Below are positions 47,524 to 57,850 of a stretch of DNA of 64,000 nucleotides, piece after piece. Each line of letters opens with the position of its first letter. Positions within the stretch are counted from its first letter, which is position 1. Under the pieces are notes generated by a model. That model was given only the letters and a program-made list of their open reading frames with translations. It did not search any database and was not told where the DNA came from. Source of the DNA: an uncultured Clostridia bacterium (GTDB lineage: Bacteria; Bacillota; Clostridia; Christensenellales; CAG-314); NCBI GenBank assembly GCA_944336125.1, contig CALVLA010000001.1, forward strand, positions 162,516-226,515, written 5' to 3'. The position numbers and the translations under genes are program-made.

Positions 47524-48585
47524 ATGAAAAACTTCATAGTAAAAAATTACAAGTACTTCCTTGCCGGCATCATCATCGGTTTGGTGGCGTTGGCTTTGAC
47601 CTTGATGGGAAACCCGCAAAACATGGGCTTTTGCATCGCTTGCTTTTTGAGAGACATCGCGGGCAGCACGGGTATGCACTCGGCGGCAATCGTACAGTAT
47701 TTCCGTCCTGAAATCGTAGGTATCGTACTCGGCGCCTTTGTGATTTCCGTCATCCGCAAGGACTTCAAACCTACCGGCGGTTCCGCTCCCGTAACACGTT
47801 TTGTTCTCGGCGTAGCGGTTATGGTAGGCGCGCTTATCTTCCTCGGTTGCCCTCTGCGTATGGTACTTCGTATCGGCGGCGGCGACATGAACGCTGTTAT
47901 CGGTCTTTTGGGCTTCATCGCAGGTATCGGCGTTGGCGCAATCTTTTTGAACAAAGGTTTCACCCTCAAACGCTCGTACGACCTTCCTTTGCTTGAAGGC
48001 GCAATAGCACCTGCATCGTCGGCTTTCCTTTTCATCTTGTTTTTGGCAGCGCCTTTCCTTTTCGTGTTCAGCGAATCGGGTCCAGGCTCCATGCACGCTC
48101 CGATCTGGGCTGCTCTCATCGGCGGTCTTATCGTAGGTATCGTGGGTCAGCGTCTGCGCGTTTGCTTCGTAGGCGGTATCCGTGACTCCATCATGTTCAG
48201 ACAGTTCCAGATGATTTATCCTTTCATCATGGTCATCGTAACTATGATTATCGGAAACCTCATCAACGGTACTTTCAACTTCGGTTTTGAAAATCAGCCT
48301 GTCGCTCACACCGACTGGTTGTGGAACTTCCTCGGCTTGTTTATCGTAGGCTGGGGCTCCACCTTCCTCGGCGGCTGCCCGTTCAGACAACTCGTTCTCG
48401 CGGGAAGCGGAAACAGCGACTCTACAATCACAGTTATCGGTATGATAGTAGGTGCGGCAATGGCTCACAACTTCGGGCTTGCCTCCTCTGCTGCGGGAGT
48501 TACCACAAACGGCATGATTGCCGGCGGTATCTGCATCGCAGTTATACTTATCATCGGTTTGCTTAACCGCAAAAAGGTCGCATAA
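47524..48585 (+). CDS. yedE: YedE-family putative selenium transporter
   Basis: GNPQNMGFCIACFLRD, YFRPE, FLGCPLR, PGSMHAP, NQPVAH and GGCPFRQ motifs; polytopic. Confidence 0.9.
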   Translation: MKNFIVKNYKYFLAGIIIGLVALALTLMGNPQNMGFCIACFLRDIAGSTGMHSAAIVQYFRPEIVGIVLGAFVISVIRKDFKPTGGSAPVTRFVLGVAVMVGALIFLGCPLRMVLRIGGGDMNAVIGLLGFIAGIGVGAIFLNKGFTLKRSYDLPLLEGAIAPASSAFLFILFLAAPFLFVFSESGPGSMHAPIWAALIGGLIVGIVGQRLRVCFVGGIRDSIMFRQFQMIYPFIMVIVTMIIGNLINGTFNFGFENQPVAHTDWLWNFLGLFIVGWGSTFLGGCPFRQLVLAGSGNSDSTITVIGMIVGAAMAHNFGLASSAAGVTTNGMIAGGICIAVILIIGLLNRKKVA

Positions 48586-48596
48586 AAAAGGAGGAA

Positions 48597-48818
48597 ATGA
48601 CAATGATGAAAATAGACGCACGCGGACTCAGCTGTCCGGAACCGTTGCTTATGCTTAAAAACGGGCTTAAAAAGAACAAGGAAAACGAAGAAGTCGAATT
48701 GGTACTCAGCTGCCAAAACGCTTTGGAAAACTGTACCAGATACGCCGAAGGACAGGGATACAAAGTTACCCTGGAAAAAGACGGCGAAGACTACAAACTT
48801 TTGATGAAAAAGGACTAA
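48597..48818 (+). CDS. SirA/TusA-like sulfur/selenium transferase
   Basis: IDARGLSCPEP motif, 73 aa, AGGAGG SD. Confidence 0.88.
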   Translation: MTMMKIDARGLSCPEPLLMLKNGLKKNKENEEVELVLSCQNALENCTRYAEGQGYKVTLEKDGEDYKLLMKKD

Positions 48819-48822
48819 AAAA

Positions 48823-49074
48823 TTGAAGACATACATCGCTACGTTTTTTACACATTTCGGCGCGCTTACCCTATCGAAAAAGTGCAAAGCCACCGGAATA
48901 AAATCGCAACTGATGCCTGTGCCGAGGAAATTAAGCTCATCGTGCGGCACCTGCGTAAAGTTTGAGGCTGAAAACTTCGACGTCGTATTTCACTCGGACG
49001 TCGAGGAAGAACTTGAAAACTGTTACGAAATGCTGGGCGCCGACCAATTTAAGGCGTTGATAAATAATAAATAA
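48823..49074 (+). CDS. DUF3343 domain protein
   Basis: ATFFTHFGA..MPVPRKLSSSCGTCV. Confidence 0.82.
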   Translation: MKTYIATFFTHFGALTLSKKCKATGIKSQLMPVPRKLSSSCGTCVKFEAENFDVVFHSDVEEELENCYEMLGADQFKALINNK

Positions 49075-49111
49075 TCCGTTTTTGCTTTATTTATTATTAA
49101 AGGAGAAAGAA

Positions 49112-50140
49112 ATGGATATAAAAAAGATTATGAAACTGCCTGCATGCGGCGGCTGCATGGCAAAACTTCCGCCGGGAATGCTTAAAGACGTCGTATCGCA
49201 GATTCCTGTGTTTAACGATCCAAACCTGCTTGTCGGATTTGACACTTCCGACGACGGAGCGGTATACAAATTGAGCGACGACATTGCAATCATTCAGACG
49301 CTGGACTTTTTCACCCCTATGGTAGAAGACCCTTACACCTTCGGCAAAATCGCGGCGGCAAACGCATTGAGCGACGTATATGCCATGGGCGGCAGAGTTG
49401 CGGTAGCCCTCAACATCGTGTGCTTCCCTGAGGAAGACGACCCTGCGGTACTCGCCTCGATACTTCGCGGCGGCGCGGAAAAGGTTATGGAAGCGGGCGG
49501 CGTGCTTTGCGGCGGCCACTCGATAAACGACAGGGAATGCAAATACGGCTTGTCGGTAACGGGCGTTGTTCATCCGGACAAGTACCTCAGAAACAACACC
49601 TGCAAAAAAGGCGACGTCATCATTTTGACAAAACCTTTGGGTGTCGGTATGATTATGGCTTCCTATCGTTACGGCGAAGTTGCCGAGGAAGATTATCAAC
49701 AGGCACTTAAAAGCATGCAGACTCTCAACAAGTACGCTTTTGAGGCTGCAAGCAAGTTCCACCTTCACGCAGGCACCGACGTAACGGGCTTCGGATTTTT
49801 GGGACACCTCAACGAGATGACAAACGACGACTATACGATAGCGGTGGAAAGCAAAGGCGTCAAATACATTCCGGGCGCGCTGAAACTTGCTCAGGAATTT
49901 TTGACAACGGGCGGCGGACAAAAGAACAGGAACTTCCTGAAAGGAAAAGTCAGGTTCCAAAACGTTCCCGACGCCATGCAGGAAGTATTGCTCGACCCTC
50001 AGACATCGGGCGGCATGCTTTTGAGCGTACCGGCAAACGAGGCGAAAGAACTCATGAAAGAACTCAACGACCTCGAGCTGCCGTCATGCATTATCGGCGA
50101 AGTTCAGGAAAGACAGGACGCCAACATCATAGTTTACTAA
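49112..50140 (+). CDS. selD: Selenide, water dikinase (Cys-type)
   Basis: CGGCMAK (both codons TGC), SDDGAV, QTLDFFTP, ANALSDVYAMGG, GGHS, TDVTGFG and DPQTSGG motifs; AAGGAG SD. Confidence 0.95.
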   Translation: MDIKKIMKLPACGGCMAKLPPGMLKDVVSQIPVFNDPNLLVGFDTSDDGAVYKLSDDIAIIQTLDFFTPMVEDPYTFGKIAAANALSDVYAMGGRVAVALNIVCFPEEDDPAVLASILRGGAEKVMEAGGVLCGGHSINDRECKYGLSVTGVVHPDKYLRNNTCKKGDVIILTKPLGVGMIMASYRYGEVAEEDYQQALKSMQTLNKYAFEAASKFHLHAGTDVTGFGFLGHLNEMTNDDYTIAVESKGVKYIPGALKLAQEFLTTGGGQKNRNFLKGKVRFQNVPDAMQEVLLDPQTSGGMLLSVPANEAKELMKELNDLELPSCIIGEVQERQDANIIVY

Positions 50141-50185
50141 AAAAATGCGGGGCTTGCTTTTGCAAGCCTTCGTTGTATTAAAAAT

Positions 50186-51319
50186 ATGATTTATTTAGAT
50201 AACGGAAGCACGTCCTTTCCCAAAGCGGAAGGGATGAGCGAATTTGTAAAAAAATTTTTGGACGAAAGGTGTTTCAACATAAACCGCGGAGCCTACTCCT
50301 CCTCTACCGACACTTCGGAGCTTGTTTACGACACACGTGAAAAAGCCGCGGAATTTTTCGGCGGAGAAAAGGGCAAAAAAGTGATATTCACAAGCGGAGT
50401 CACATTTTCGCTTAATCTTGTTTTAAACGGTCTTTTGGGTAACGGCGACAAAGCGGTAACCACTTATATGGAACATAACGCGGTGCTTCGCCCTCTTTCG
50501 AAACTGACCAAGCAAGGTACGGAGGTAAACTTCGTCAACTGTGACGGAAACGGCGAAATAGATTTGAACGACCTTGAAGAAAAACTCAGACAAAACCCGA
50601 AAGTATGTGTGGTCACCCACGCCTCAAACGTGTGCGGCACAATTATGCCCATTAAGGAAATAGGCGCACTGTGCAGACGCTACGGCGTAATTTTCGTTGT
50701 GGACGCGGCGCAGACGGCAGGCGTCGTCGACATCGACATGAGCCGCGACAACATCGACGTTTTGTGTTTTACGGGACACAAAGGACTACTTGGCATGCAG
50801 GGAATAGGCGGAGTGATTTTCGGCGGCGACACCGCGGAAATTTGTTCCCCTTTCTGCTACGGCGGAACAGGCAGCTTTTCGCACACAACCGAAATGCCAA
50901 AAATACTTCCCGACAAGTTCGAGGCAGGCACACTTAACCTTCCGGGAATAGCGTCGTTAAACTACTGCTTCGATTTTCTCAAACAAAAAGGCATACAAAA
51001 TATTTTTGCCCACGAAAAGAAACTTCAGGCACTTTTCGAAGAGGGCGTCAAGCAGCTTAATAACGTCGAAATCATCGGCGGAAAAGCCAAAAACCGCTGC
51101 GCCGTAACTTCGCTTGACTTCAAAAACGTCGACAACGGCGAGGCGTCGTTTGTGCTTGACACAGAGTACTCGATTATGACGCGAAGCGGACTTCACTGCG
51201 CCCCTTACGCTCACAAAACGCTAGGTACTTTCCCACGGGGAACGGTACGCTTTGCCTTCGGCTACAAAACCACCGAGGAGGAAGTCAAAAAGGCAATACA
51301 AGCCGTCGCAAAAATTTAA
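50186..51319 (+). CDS. Cysteine desulfurase / selenocysteine lyase family (class V PLP enzyme), second paralog
   Basis: YLDNGSTS, EHNAV, HASNV, DAAQ, TGHKGLLG and RSGLHCA motifs. Confidence 0.9.
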   Translation: MIYLDNGSTSFPKAEGMSEFVKKFLDERCFNINRGAYSSSTDTSELVYDTREKAAEFFGGEKGKKVIFTSGVTFSLNLVLNGLLGNGDKAVTTYMEHNAVLRPLSKLTKQGTEVNFVNCDGNGEIDLNDLEEKLRQNPKVCVVTHASNVCGTIMPIKEIGALCRRYGVIFVVDAAQTAGVVDIDMSRDNIDVLCFTGHKGLLGMQGIGGVIFGGDTAEICSPFCYGGTGSFSHTTEMPKILPDKFEAGTLNLPGIASLNYCFDFLKQKGIQNIFAHEKKLQALFEEGVKQLNNVEIIGGKAKNRCAVTSLDFKNVDNGEASFVLDTEYSIMTRSGLHCAPYAHKTLGTFPRGTVRFAFGYKTTEEEVKKAIQAVAKI

Positions 51320-51424
51320 AAGTTTTTAAACCCGCGCAAGCGGGTTTTTTTTCACAGCAATTTCGAAAAAAACATAACATACATTGTGCGGATACAACGG
51401 GTACATATTGACAAGGAGGTATAT

Positions 51425-51997
51425 ATGCGAATTTACACAATTTCAATATGTTGTCCGCCATGCAAGCCGCGGTGCTGTCCTCCGCCTTGCAGACCGCGCT
51501 GCCGAATGAGGTACTGCGAATTTTTTACCGACAGACCATGCGGCAGATATTACGCGATTCCGCAAGGATATACGGGATACGTTCCGTCACCCATGACTCC
51601 GCGCGCAAGCGGAATAACAACAAGCTATTCCCCGTCGCAAAACGTTGCGGCGGGCAACAACTTTTTGTTGGGAACAACCGTCAACAGCTTCGGCAGTTCA
51701 CTGGCTTTAAACGTCCCCTTTCAACGAATTTCCGTTTTGAAAAGCGGCTACTACAGAGTAACATATTCTTTTCAGGTTACCTCCCCCGTCGCGGGAACTC
51801 TTTCCACAATGATTGCGGGAATGCCTGAAACGAAAATATTCAGTTTTCCGCCGCAGAATGCGCCGTACAGGGTTTTTGCCTCGTACACCGTATATCTGAC
51901 TCAAGGCAGCCAACTCGCCTTACAGCTCATTACAGCGCCCGACGGCAGTTCCGTCACCGCTTCGCAGTTTAATTTTTCAGTTAAGGAACTGTTATAA
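51425..51997 (+). CDS. Cys/Pro-rich putative spore coat/exosporium protein with BclA-CTD-like beta domain
   Basis: N-terminal CCPPCKPRCCPPPCRPRC; C-terminal SGYYRVTYSF..LTQGSQLALQ; AGGAGG SD; SigK-like ACA-16-CATAACAT at 51354-51380. Confidence 0.65.
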   Translation: MRIYTISICCPPCKPRCCPPPCRPRCRMRYCEFFTDRPCGRYYAIPQGYTGYVPSPMTPRASGITTSYSPSQNVAAGNNFLLGTTVNSFGSSLALNVPFQRISVLKSGYYRVTYSFQVTSPVAGTLSTMIAGMPETKIFSFPPQNAPYRVFASYTVYLTQGSQLALQLITAPDGSSVTASQFNFSVKELL

Positions 51998-52035
51998 AAA
52001 AAACGACCCTTTCGGGTCGTTTTTTCTTTTTTCTA

Positions 52036-52473
52036 TCAGAGGATTTCTATGTTTCTGCTGTCAGGCAGTTGCTTGTTTTCCTTCGGGAAAGAAATGTTCA
52101 AAATACCGTTTTCGTATTTTGCCTTGACGTCCTTCTGTTCGACGTTGCCTACGTAAAAGCTGCGCGAGCATGAACCGTAAACCCTTTCTCTCCTGATGTA
52201 GTTTTTGTCGTTTTTTTCTTCAACGTTTTTGTTTTGAACAGCACTTACCGTAAGATAGCCGTTTTCCAACGAAACGTTGATGTCTTTTTTGTCAAATCCC
52301 GGCAAATCCACTTCCAGCAGATAGTTGCCGTCTTTTTCCTGAATGTCGGTACGCATTGCGTTTGCCTCTCTGTCAAAGCCGTAAAACGGTTTGAAAAAGT
52401 CAGCAAAATCGTCGTCAAAAAGACCGAAACCCAAACTATTGTTATTGTTGTACTTCCTAGGATAATATTTCAT
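52036..52473 (-). CDS. Hsp20/alpha-crystallin small heat shock protein
   Basis: MRTDIQE..DLPGF, RRERVYGSCSRSF and AKYENGIL motifs. Confidence 0.93.
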   Translation of the reverse strand: MKYYPRKYNNNNSLGFGLFDDDFADFFKPFYGFDREANAMRTDIQEKDGNYLLEVDLPGFDKKDINVSLENGYLTVSAVQNKNVEEKNDKNYIRRERVYGSCSRSFYVGNVEQKDVKAKYENGILNISFPKENKQLPDSRNIEIL

Positions 52474-52522
52474 AAAAAATTCGCCTCCGTAAATTTATCT
52501 TTTCAACCTTTTGATTTAAGTG

Positions 52523-52549
52523 CTAGCACTCTCATCTCTTGATTGCTAA
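52523..52549 (-). promoter_or_regulatory. CIRCE element (HrcA operator)
   Basis: TTAGCAATC-N9-GAGTGCTAG just downstream of TTGACA-17-TATAAC, upstream of hsp20. Confidence 0.85.
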
Positions 52550-52696
52550 TTATGTTATATACCCGAAAGAAAAGTTTGTCAACGGTTTTTTGCAATTTTT
52601 TAAAAAAATTTTTTAAAGTTTTCTGTTACTATTATTTCCCTATTTTGAAATTCAAGACATAAAAAAAGACGGCCGAAGCCGTCTTTTTTGTTTTTG

Positions 52697-54664
52697 TTAA
52701 GGCATGTAAGGGAAGGATGCCGCAGTGTTGGCAACTGTCATAACAGTGAACAACAAAGTGTTGATCATTGCGCCGAGCCAGATGTTGCCTGTCTTCTTGT
52801 ACAGTACGCGAGAGATGATTGTCGCGATTGCAAGTACAGGAATGAGCGGGAACACTACGATGTAGCCGAGGTTCATGTTGCTCTGCCACAAAACGCCCGT
52901 GGAGCGGAAAGTGATGTACTGAATGAGAACAACGATGAGAACGCCCACGCAGTTGAATGCCGCGTTGATAGCGATTGTAGCCCATTCAGGCAAATCTTTA
53001 AGTCTGTAGCCTGCGTTGCCGATAGCGCTGACAGCGTAGTAGATGAAGAAGATAGGAGCGTATCTCAGCATAGTAGGAATCATGTTGAGAGTAAAGACTT
53101 TAACGTCGAGAGTCCAGAGACGGAAGTCGACAGTCCAAAGAGCCCAGTTGATCCAAACTACGAGATACAAAGCAACTACTACAGTGAAAGTAAGTACGAT
53201 TGTTTTGATAAATGACAGCAAGTCGATGTTAGCGCATCTGAACGGACTGCCGCAAACAACGGCTTCGCCGTTTTTGGAAGCAGACCTTGCTGCGAGCGAA
53301 TTGAAGAACCAGCAAATGCCGATTACGACAAGGGCGAATATACCACAGATTGCAGCCCAAGCAGCTACGTTGCCTGTAGTATCTTGTGGGAACATATAGT
53401 TTTGCGGAATAAGTTTCGGACCCCAATCGGTGTAGATGGTTTCAAGCATAAATCCGCCGAACAACATGCAGACGATACCTGCGCCCCAGTAAGTGAGGTT
53501 GCGAGTAACGCCGACAACGCCGCCCTTTTTGATTGAAGGAAGATTGACGTCGAGATCGAAGTCGTCTTTCTTTTTGAGGGATGCGAAGCAAGGAAGTGCG
53601 AGCAAGCAGGATACCAACGGGAAGATCATGAAGAAGAATGCCGCAAGACCGATAGTCGAGAAGGCTTCTTTGATCCACCAAGTCTGGCTGCCGCTAGCGA
53701 TGTAATCGTGGCCGTCAGGTGTGCCGAACGCGGTGTAGAAGAAGTTTACTACCGAAGCCGCGCTTTCAATAGAGAAGTGGTTGAGCGGGTGAATTTCGTT
53801 GCTTTCATAAATTACTCTGAAAGGAGCGGAAGCTTTAGTACCCTCTTTAACCGTAGTAAGCTGACCGTTGATGTAGATACCGCCGTCTTCAATGTTGATG
53901 GCGTCTTTAGTGTTGCCGTAGCCTGTTACGCCTACGAAGGAAGCAGCGTCTGTCGAATGGAGATATTCACGGCAGATGGAAGCTGTGCCGTCGGCGAATT
54001 TGCTCTGGTAGAAGAATTCGTCGTCCATTGCTTTGAGGTTACCGACTGAAACGTTAGCGCCAGCACCAAAGAAAGAGCTCCAACCTTGCATAAGACCTGC
54101 GGAAATTATTCTGCCGCCTGTAGCCAAGTCGCTAGCCATAGCCATTGCTGTGGAAAAACCGCCCATTGAGTGACCTGTTACGCCAACCATGGTTTTGTCG
54201 ACCTCAGGAAGGTTGTAAGCGTATTTTACAGCTTCGTACAATGCTTCCGAAGTCATCATTGCGGCACTGCCTGTAGATTCATAGTTACCGTGACCTTCGC
54301 GGTCGATTGTGATGACGATGAATCCGCGTCTAGCAAGTTCGATTGCGTTTTGCAATTGAAGCTCCCTGTTGTTGAGGTAACCGTGCGTCATAACGACAGC
54401 AGGAAGTTTGTTGCTTTCGGAAGCGTCGTTAGGCATAAACAAAATACCGCTGACGACTTCGCCGCTTACGGTTTGACCCGCAACTTCGGTAATACCGTCC
54501 TCCTCGTACAGTTTTCCGCTGTTTGATTCGTTTCTAATATCGGTAACGGTTACTGAAAAACCTGCCGACTGAATCATGGAAGCGAAAAAGCTGCTGACGA
54601 GAATCACTATCATGGCAATAATGAGCATGATGAGTGATTTTCTGTTTTTTCTCAGATACTCCAT
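52697..54664 (-). CDS. Membrane-embedded alpha/beta hydrolase (serine esterase/lipase-like) with C-terminal multi-TM domain
   Basis: N-terminal TM, THGY oxyanion region, GHSMGG nucleophile elbow, DDEF and IHP candidates, then about 8 TM helices. Confidence 0.8.
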   Translation of the reverse strand: MEYLRKNRKSLIMLIIAMIVILVSSFFASMIQSAGFSVTVTDIRNESNSGKLYEEDGITEVAGQTVSGEVVSGILFMPNDASESNKLPAVVMTHGYLNNRELQLQNAIELARRGFIVITIDREGHGNYESTGSAAMMTSEALYEAVKYAYNLPEVDKTMVGVTGHSMGGFSTAMAMASDLATGGRIISAGLMQGWSSFFGAGANVSVGNLKAMDDEFFYQSKFADGTASICREYLHSTDAASFVGVTGYGNTKDAINIEDGGIYINGQLTTVKEGTKASAPFRVIYESNEIHPLNHFSIESAASVVNFFYTAFGTPDGHDYIASGSQTWWIKEAFSTIGLAAFFFMIFPLVSCLLALPCFASLKKKDDFDLDVNLPSIKKGGVVGVTRNLTYWGAGIVCMLFGGFMLETIYTDWGPKLIPQNYMFPQDTTGNVAAWAAICGIFALVVIGICWFFNSLAARSASKNGEAVVCGSPFRCANIDLLSFIKTIVLTFTVVVALYLVVWINWALWTVDFRLWTLDVKVFTLNMIPTMLRYAPIFFIYYAVSAIGNAGYRLKDLPEWATIAINAAFNCVGVLIVVLIQYITFRSTGVLWQSNMNLGYIVVFPLIPVLAIATIISRVLYKKTGNIWLGAMINTLLFTVMTVANTAASFPYMP

Positions 54665-54720
54665 AATTTCCTCCTCAAGAAAAAATATTATCGCTCACCC
54701 TTGACGGGTGTTTAAGCCTT

Positions 54721-56208
54721 TTAACCGCGATATCTCGCGCGTCCTACGCTCAAAGCCCAGCCTTCCAAAAGCTCGCGGCGTTTGAGATTTGACATTGTAG
54801 GTTTAAACATCTTTTCGATTTGTTTGTTTTCTTTAATATCCTCGACGTCTTTCCAGTATCCCGTCTGTAAACCCGCGAGATAGCATGCGCCGAGAGCCGT
54901 TGTTTCGATGACTTTAGGTCGTACTACCGAAATGTCGAGTATATCGGCTTGGAACTGCATCAAAAAGTCATTTGCGCAGGCGCCGCCGTCGACGTTCAAA
55001 GCCGTAACTTTGGTTCCCACGTCCTTTTCCATCATTTTGACTATGTCGCTTACCTGATAAGCAATGCTTTCAAGAGCGGCACGGATAAAGTGTTCCTTTT
55101 TGGTGCCTCTGGTAAGTCCGCAAACGGTACCCCTTGCCTTTGCGTCCCAGTACGGCGCGCCAAGCCCTACGAAAGCAGGCACTATGTAAACGCCGTTTGT
55201 ATCCTTTACTTTAAGAGCATATTCCTGCGTTTCGGAAGATTTGCGTATCATGCGCATTTCGTCGCGAAGCCACTGCACAATTGCGCCGCCCACGAACACG
55301 CTTCCTTCGAGTACGTAGTTAGGTTTTGCCTCGGTGCCTGCCGCCAACGTAGTGACAAGACCGTTTGACCTGACGGGAGTGTCCCCCGTGTTCATAAGCA
55401 AAAAGCAACCTGTGCCGTAAGTATTTTTTATGCAACCCTTGTCGGTGCAAAGCTGACCGAACAAAGCTGCCTGCTGGTCGCCTGCCACGCCGCAGATAGG
55501 CACGTTTGTGCCCAAAATGGTGTGATCGGCATATCCGAAAAAGGCACTTGAAGGTTTGACTTCAGGCAACATGCTTCTCGGAATATCGAAAAGCTTAAGC
55601 AGTTCGTCGTCCCACTCGAGAGTGTGGATGTTGTAAAGCATGGTACGCGACGCGTTTGTAAAATCCGTCGCAAAAATTTTGCCTTTGGACAAATGCCACA
55701 TGATAAAGGTATCTATCGTGCCGAAAAGAAGTTTGCCTTCGTTTGCTTTTTCTCTCGCGCCCTCGACGTTGTCCAAAATCCATTTGAGTTTGGTCGCCGA
55801 AAAATAAGCGTCAAGCACAAGACCCGTTTTTTCGTAAATAACTTTGTCAAGCCCCTGTTTTTTAAGCTCGTCGCAGTAGTCGGCAGTACGCCTGCACTGC
55901 CAGACGATAGCATTGAAGACAGGCTTTCCGGTATCTTTTTCCCAAACAACGGTAGTTTCGCGCTGATTGGTAATACCTATTGCTTCGATATCCTCGCTTG
56001 TGATGCCGGCGCGGGTGATAGCCTCTGCGATAACGCCTATCTGACTGCCCAAAATATCCGACGGGGAGTGTTCTACCCAGCCGCTCTGCGGATAAATCTG
56101 AGGGAATTCCTGTTGTGCGCTGCCCATTATCTCGCCCTGTTTGTTAAAGACGATTGCGCGGGAGCTGGTAGTTCCCTGGTCAAGAGCCAAAATATATTTC
56201 ATCTGCAT
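54721..56208 (-). CDS. glpK: Glycerol kinase
   Basis: [41 protein letters not shown] and [11 protein letters not shown] motifs. Confidence 0.95.
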   Translation of the reverse strand: MQMKYILALDQGTTSSRAIVFNKQGEIMGSAQQEFPQIYPQSGWVEHSPSDILGSQIGVIAEAITRAGITSEDIEAIGITNQRETTVVWEKDTGKPVFNAIVWQCRRTADYCDELKKQGLDKVIYEKTGLVLDAYFSATKLKWILDNVEGAREKANEGKLLFGTIDTFIMWHLSKGKIFATDFTNASRTMLYNIHTLEWDDELLKLFDIPRSMLPEVKPSSAFFGYADHTILGTNVPICGVAGDQQAALFGQLCTDKGCIKNTYGTGCFLLMNTGDTPVRSNGLVTTLAAGTEAKPNYVLEGSVFVGGAIVQWLRDEMRMIRKSSETQEYALKVKDTNGVYIVPAFVGLGAPYWDAKARGTVCGLTRGTKKEHFIRAALESIAYQVSDIVKMMEKDVGTKVTALNVDGGACANDFLMQFQADILDISVVRPKVIETTALGACYLAGLQTGYWKDVEDIKENKQIEKMFKPTMSNLKRRELLEGWALSVGRARYRG

Positions 56209-56222
56209 TTACCTCAAATTGG

Positions 56223-56585
56223 TCAAATTTTGTCAGCGTGTTTCGTAGCGACGATGTTTGAGCCGCAGCCGCAGATGTTTTCGTAAAGAACGTCGCCTAT
56301 TTTCACGGGAGCGTCGACGGAAATTGTTTTTATCACGTCGAGGCACTCGAAAATTTTGTCCTTAGGAACAGGTTCGGAAGTTTTGACCGAAACGAGTACG
56401 GCGTCGCTGCCGTTGACTTTTACGGAGCTTGTAACCATACGTTTAGGAGCGGTCACTTCGTTTATGCCGTAAATTTTTCCTCTCGGGCAGGTATTTCCCG
56501 AAACCTTGATGTCGTTCATGTCGGAGCAGTCAACTTCGAGATGGCAGCCCAAAGGACAGCTTATGCAAATCATTTTTCTGACCAT
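56223..56585 (-). CDS. DUF1667 CxxC small protein (glycerol-3-P dehydrogenase accessory subunit)
   Basis: CISCPLGC..GNTCPRG motif in the glp operon. Confidence 0.88.
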   Translation of the reverse strand: MVRKMICISCPLGCHLEVDCSDMNDIKVSGNTCPRGKIYGINEVTAPKRMVTSSVKVNGSDAVLVSVKTSEPVPKDKIFECLDVIKTISVDAPVKIGDVLYENICGCGSNIVATKHADKI

Positions 56586-56587
56586 AA

Positions 56588-57850
56588 TTACCTCCCGATA
56601 AGCGTAACTTCGACGTTAGCGCCGTTTTTGACCTTTTGAACGAGGTCGCTTTTGAGAACGATGGTTTCCATTTCGCCCGGAGTTACGATTTGTTTTTTCT
56701 TGGACGCTATTTTTTCGCCGTCAAGCATAACCGCGACTTCGACGTTTTTAAAGACGTTGCCCACCCTCATTTTAAGGCTGATAGGTTCGAAATCATCGTC
56801 CTTGTTGATAATTTGCGGAACTACGTATCTTACGCCGTTAACCCCTTTGACAGGAATTTTTTCCGAACTGCCGCAGCCTTTTGCGATATATTCCGCGGCG
56901 CACTTGCCTGCGTGTTCGCTTTCCTCGCTGACGAAGTCGACGAGGTCGTGAACGTGAAGCACGTTGCCGCACTCGAAAATACCCTCAACGCTTGTCATCA
57001 TTTTGTCGTTGACGACTGCGCCGCCTGTGATAGGCGAAAGGTTAACGTCTGCGTAACCCGCAAGCTCGTTTTCAGGAAGAAGTCCTACGCTCAAAAGAAG
57101 AGTGTCACATTGAATTTCTTCCGCAGTTTCCATGATAGGTTTAAGTTTGTCGTCAACCTGAGCGATGACTACCGACGAAACCCTGCCGTCTTTTCCCTTG
57201 ATGTCAACGACTGTATGGGAAAATTTGAGCGGAATGTTGAAGTCGTTAAGGCATTGAACGATGTTTCTGTTAAGACCCGACGAATAAGGCATAAGTTCCA
57301 CAACCGCCTTAACCGAAGCCCCTTCGAAAGTCATACGCCTTGCCATGATAAGACCGATGTCGCCCGAGCCTAAAATAACCACTTCCTTGCCCGGCATAAA
57401 TCCGTCTATGTTGACGAGTTTTTGAGCGGTACCCGCGGAGTAAACGCCTGCAACCCTGGCACCCGCGATGTTGATTGCGCCGCGAGGTCTTTCACGGCAA
57501 CCGCAGGAAAGAATGACTGCTTTTGCCTGAACTTTTTGAAGTCCGTCCTCTTCGTTTACGTAAGTGACCACTCTGTTTTTGTCGATGTTGATGACGGTGC
57601 TGTCAAGTTTGTAAGGAATGTTTCTTTCAAGCACCATGTCGATGTATCTTTGCGCATATTCGGGACCGGTGAGTTCTTCCTTAAAGGTGTGAAGACCGAA
57701 ACCGTTGTGAATGCACTGATTGAGAATACCGCCGAGCTGAGCTTCCCTTTCGAGAATAATCATATCTCTGACGCCGCAGTCATAAGCCGCTTTTGCGGCA
57801 GCAAGTCCGGCAGGACCGCCGCCGATAATTACCAAATCGCAAGTCTTCAT
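56588..57850 (-). CDS. FAD/NAD-dependent oxidoreductase (glycerol-3-P dehydrogenase subunit)
   Basis: GGGPAG, GGILNQCIHNGFG, ILGSGDIGLIMARR and GNVLHVHDLVD motifs. Confidence 0.88.
   Translation of the reverse strand: MKTCDLVIIGGGPAGLAAAKAAYDCGVRDMIILEREAQLGGILNQCIHNGFGLHTFKEELTGPEYAQRYIDMVLERNIPYKLDSTVINIDKNRVVTYVNEEDGLQKVQAKAVILSCGCRERPRGAINIAGARVAGVYSAGTAQKLVNIDGFMPGKEVVILGSGDIGLIMARRMTFEGASVKAVVELMPYSSGLNRNIVQCLNDFNIPLKFSHTVVDIKGKDGRVSSVVIAQVDDKLKPIMETAEEIQCDTLLLSVGLLPENELAGYADVNLSPITGGAVVNDKMMTSVEGIFECGNVLHVHDLVDFVSEESEHAGKCAAEYIAKGCGSSEKIPVKGVNGVRYVVPQIINKDDDFEPISLKMRVGNVFKNVEVAVMLDGEKIASKKKQIVTPGEMETIVLKSDLVQKVKNGANVEVTLIGR

Noticed and set aside
47250-47711. 153-aa ORF and a short uORF ending in TGA within the yedE leader
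   Set aside because: No SD; the long ORF starts in the promoter and overlaps yedE out of frame; no protein-like features.
49112-49170. SelD as a selenoprotein
   Set aside because: The catalytic position is TGC (Cys); no in-frame TGA or TAA.
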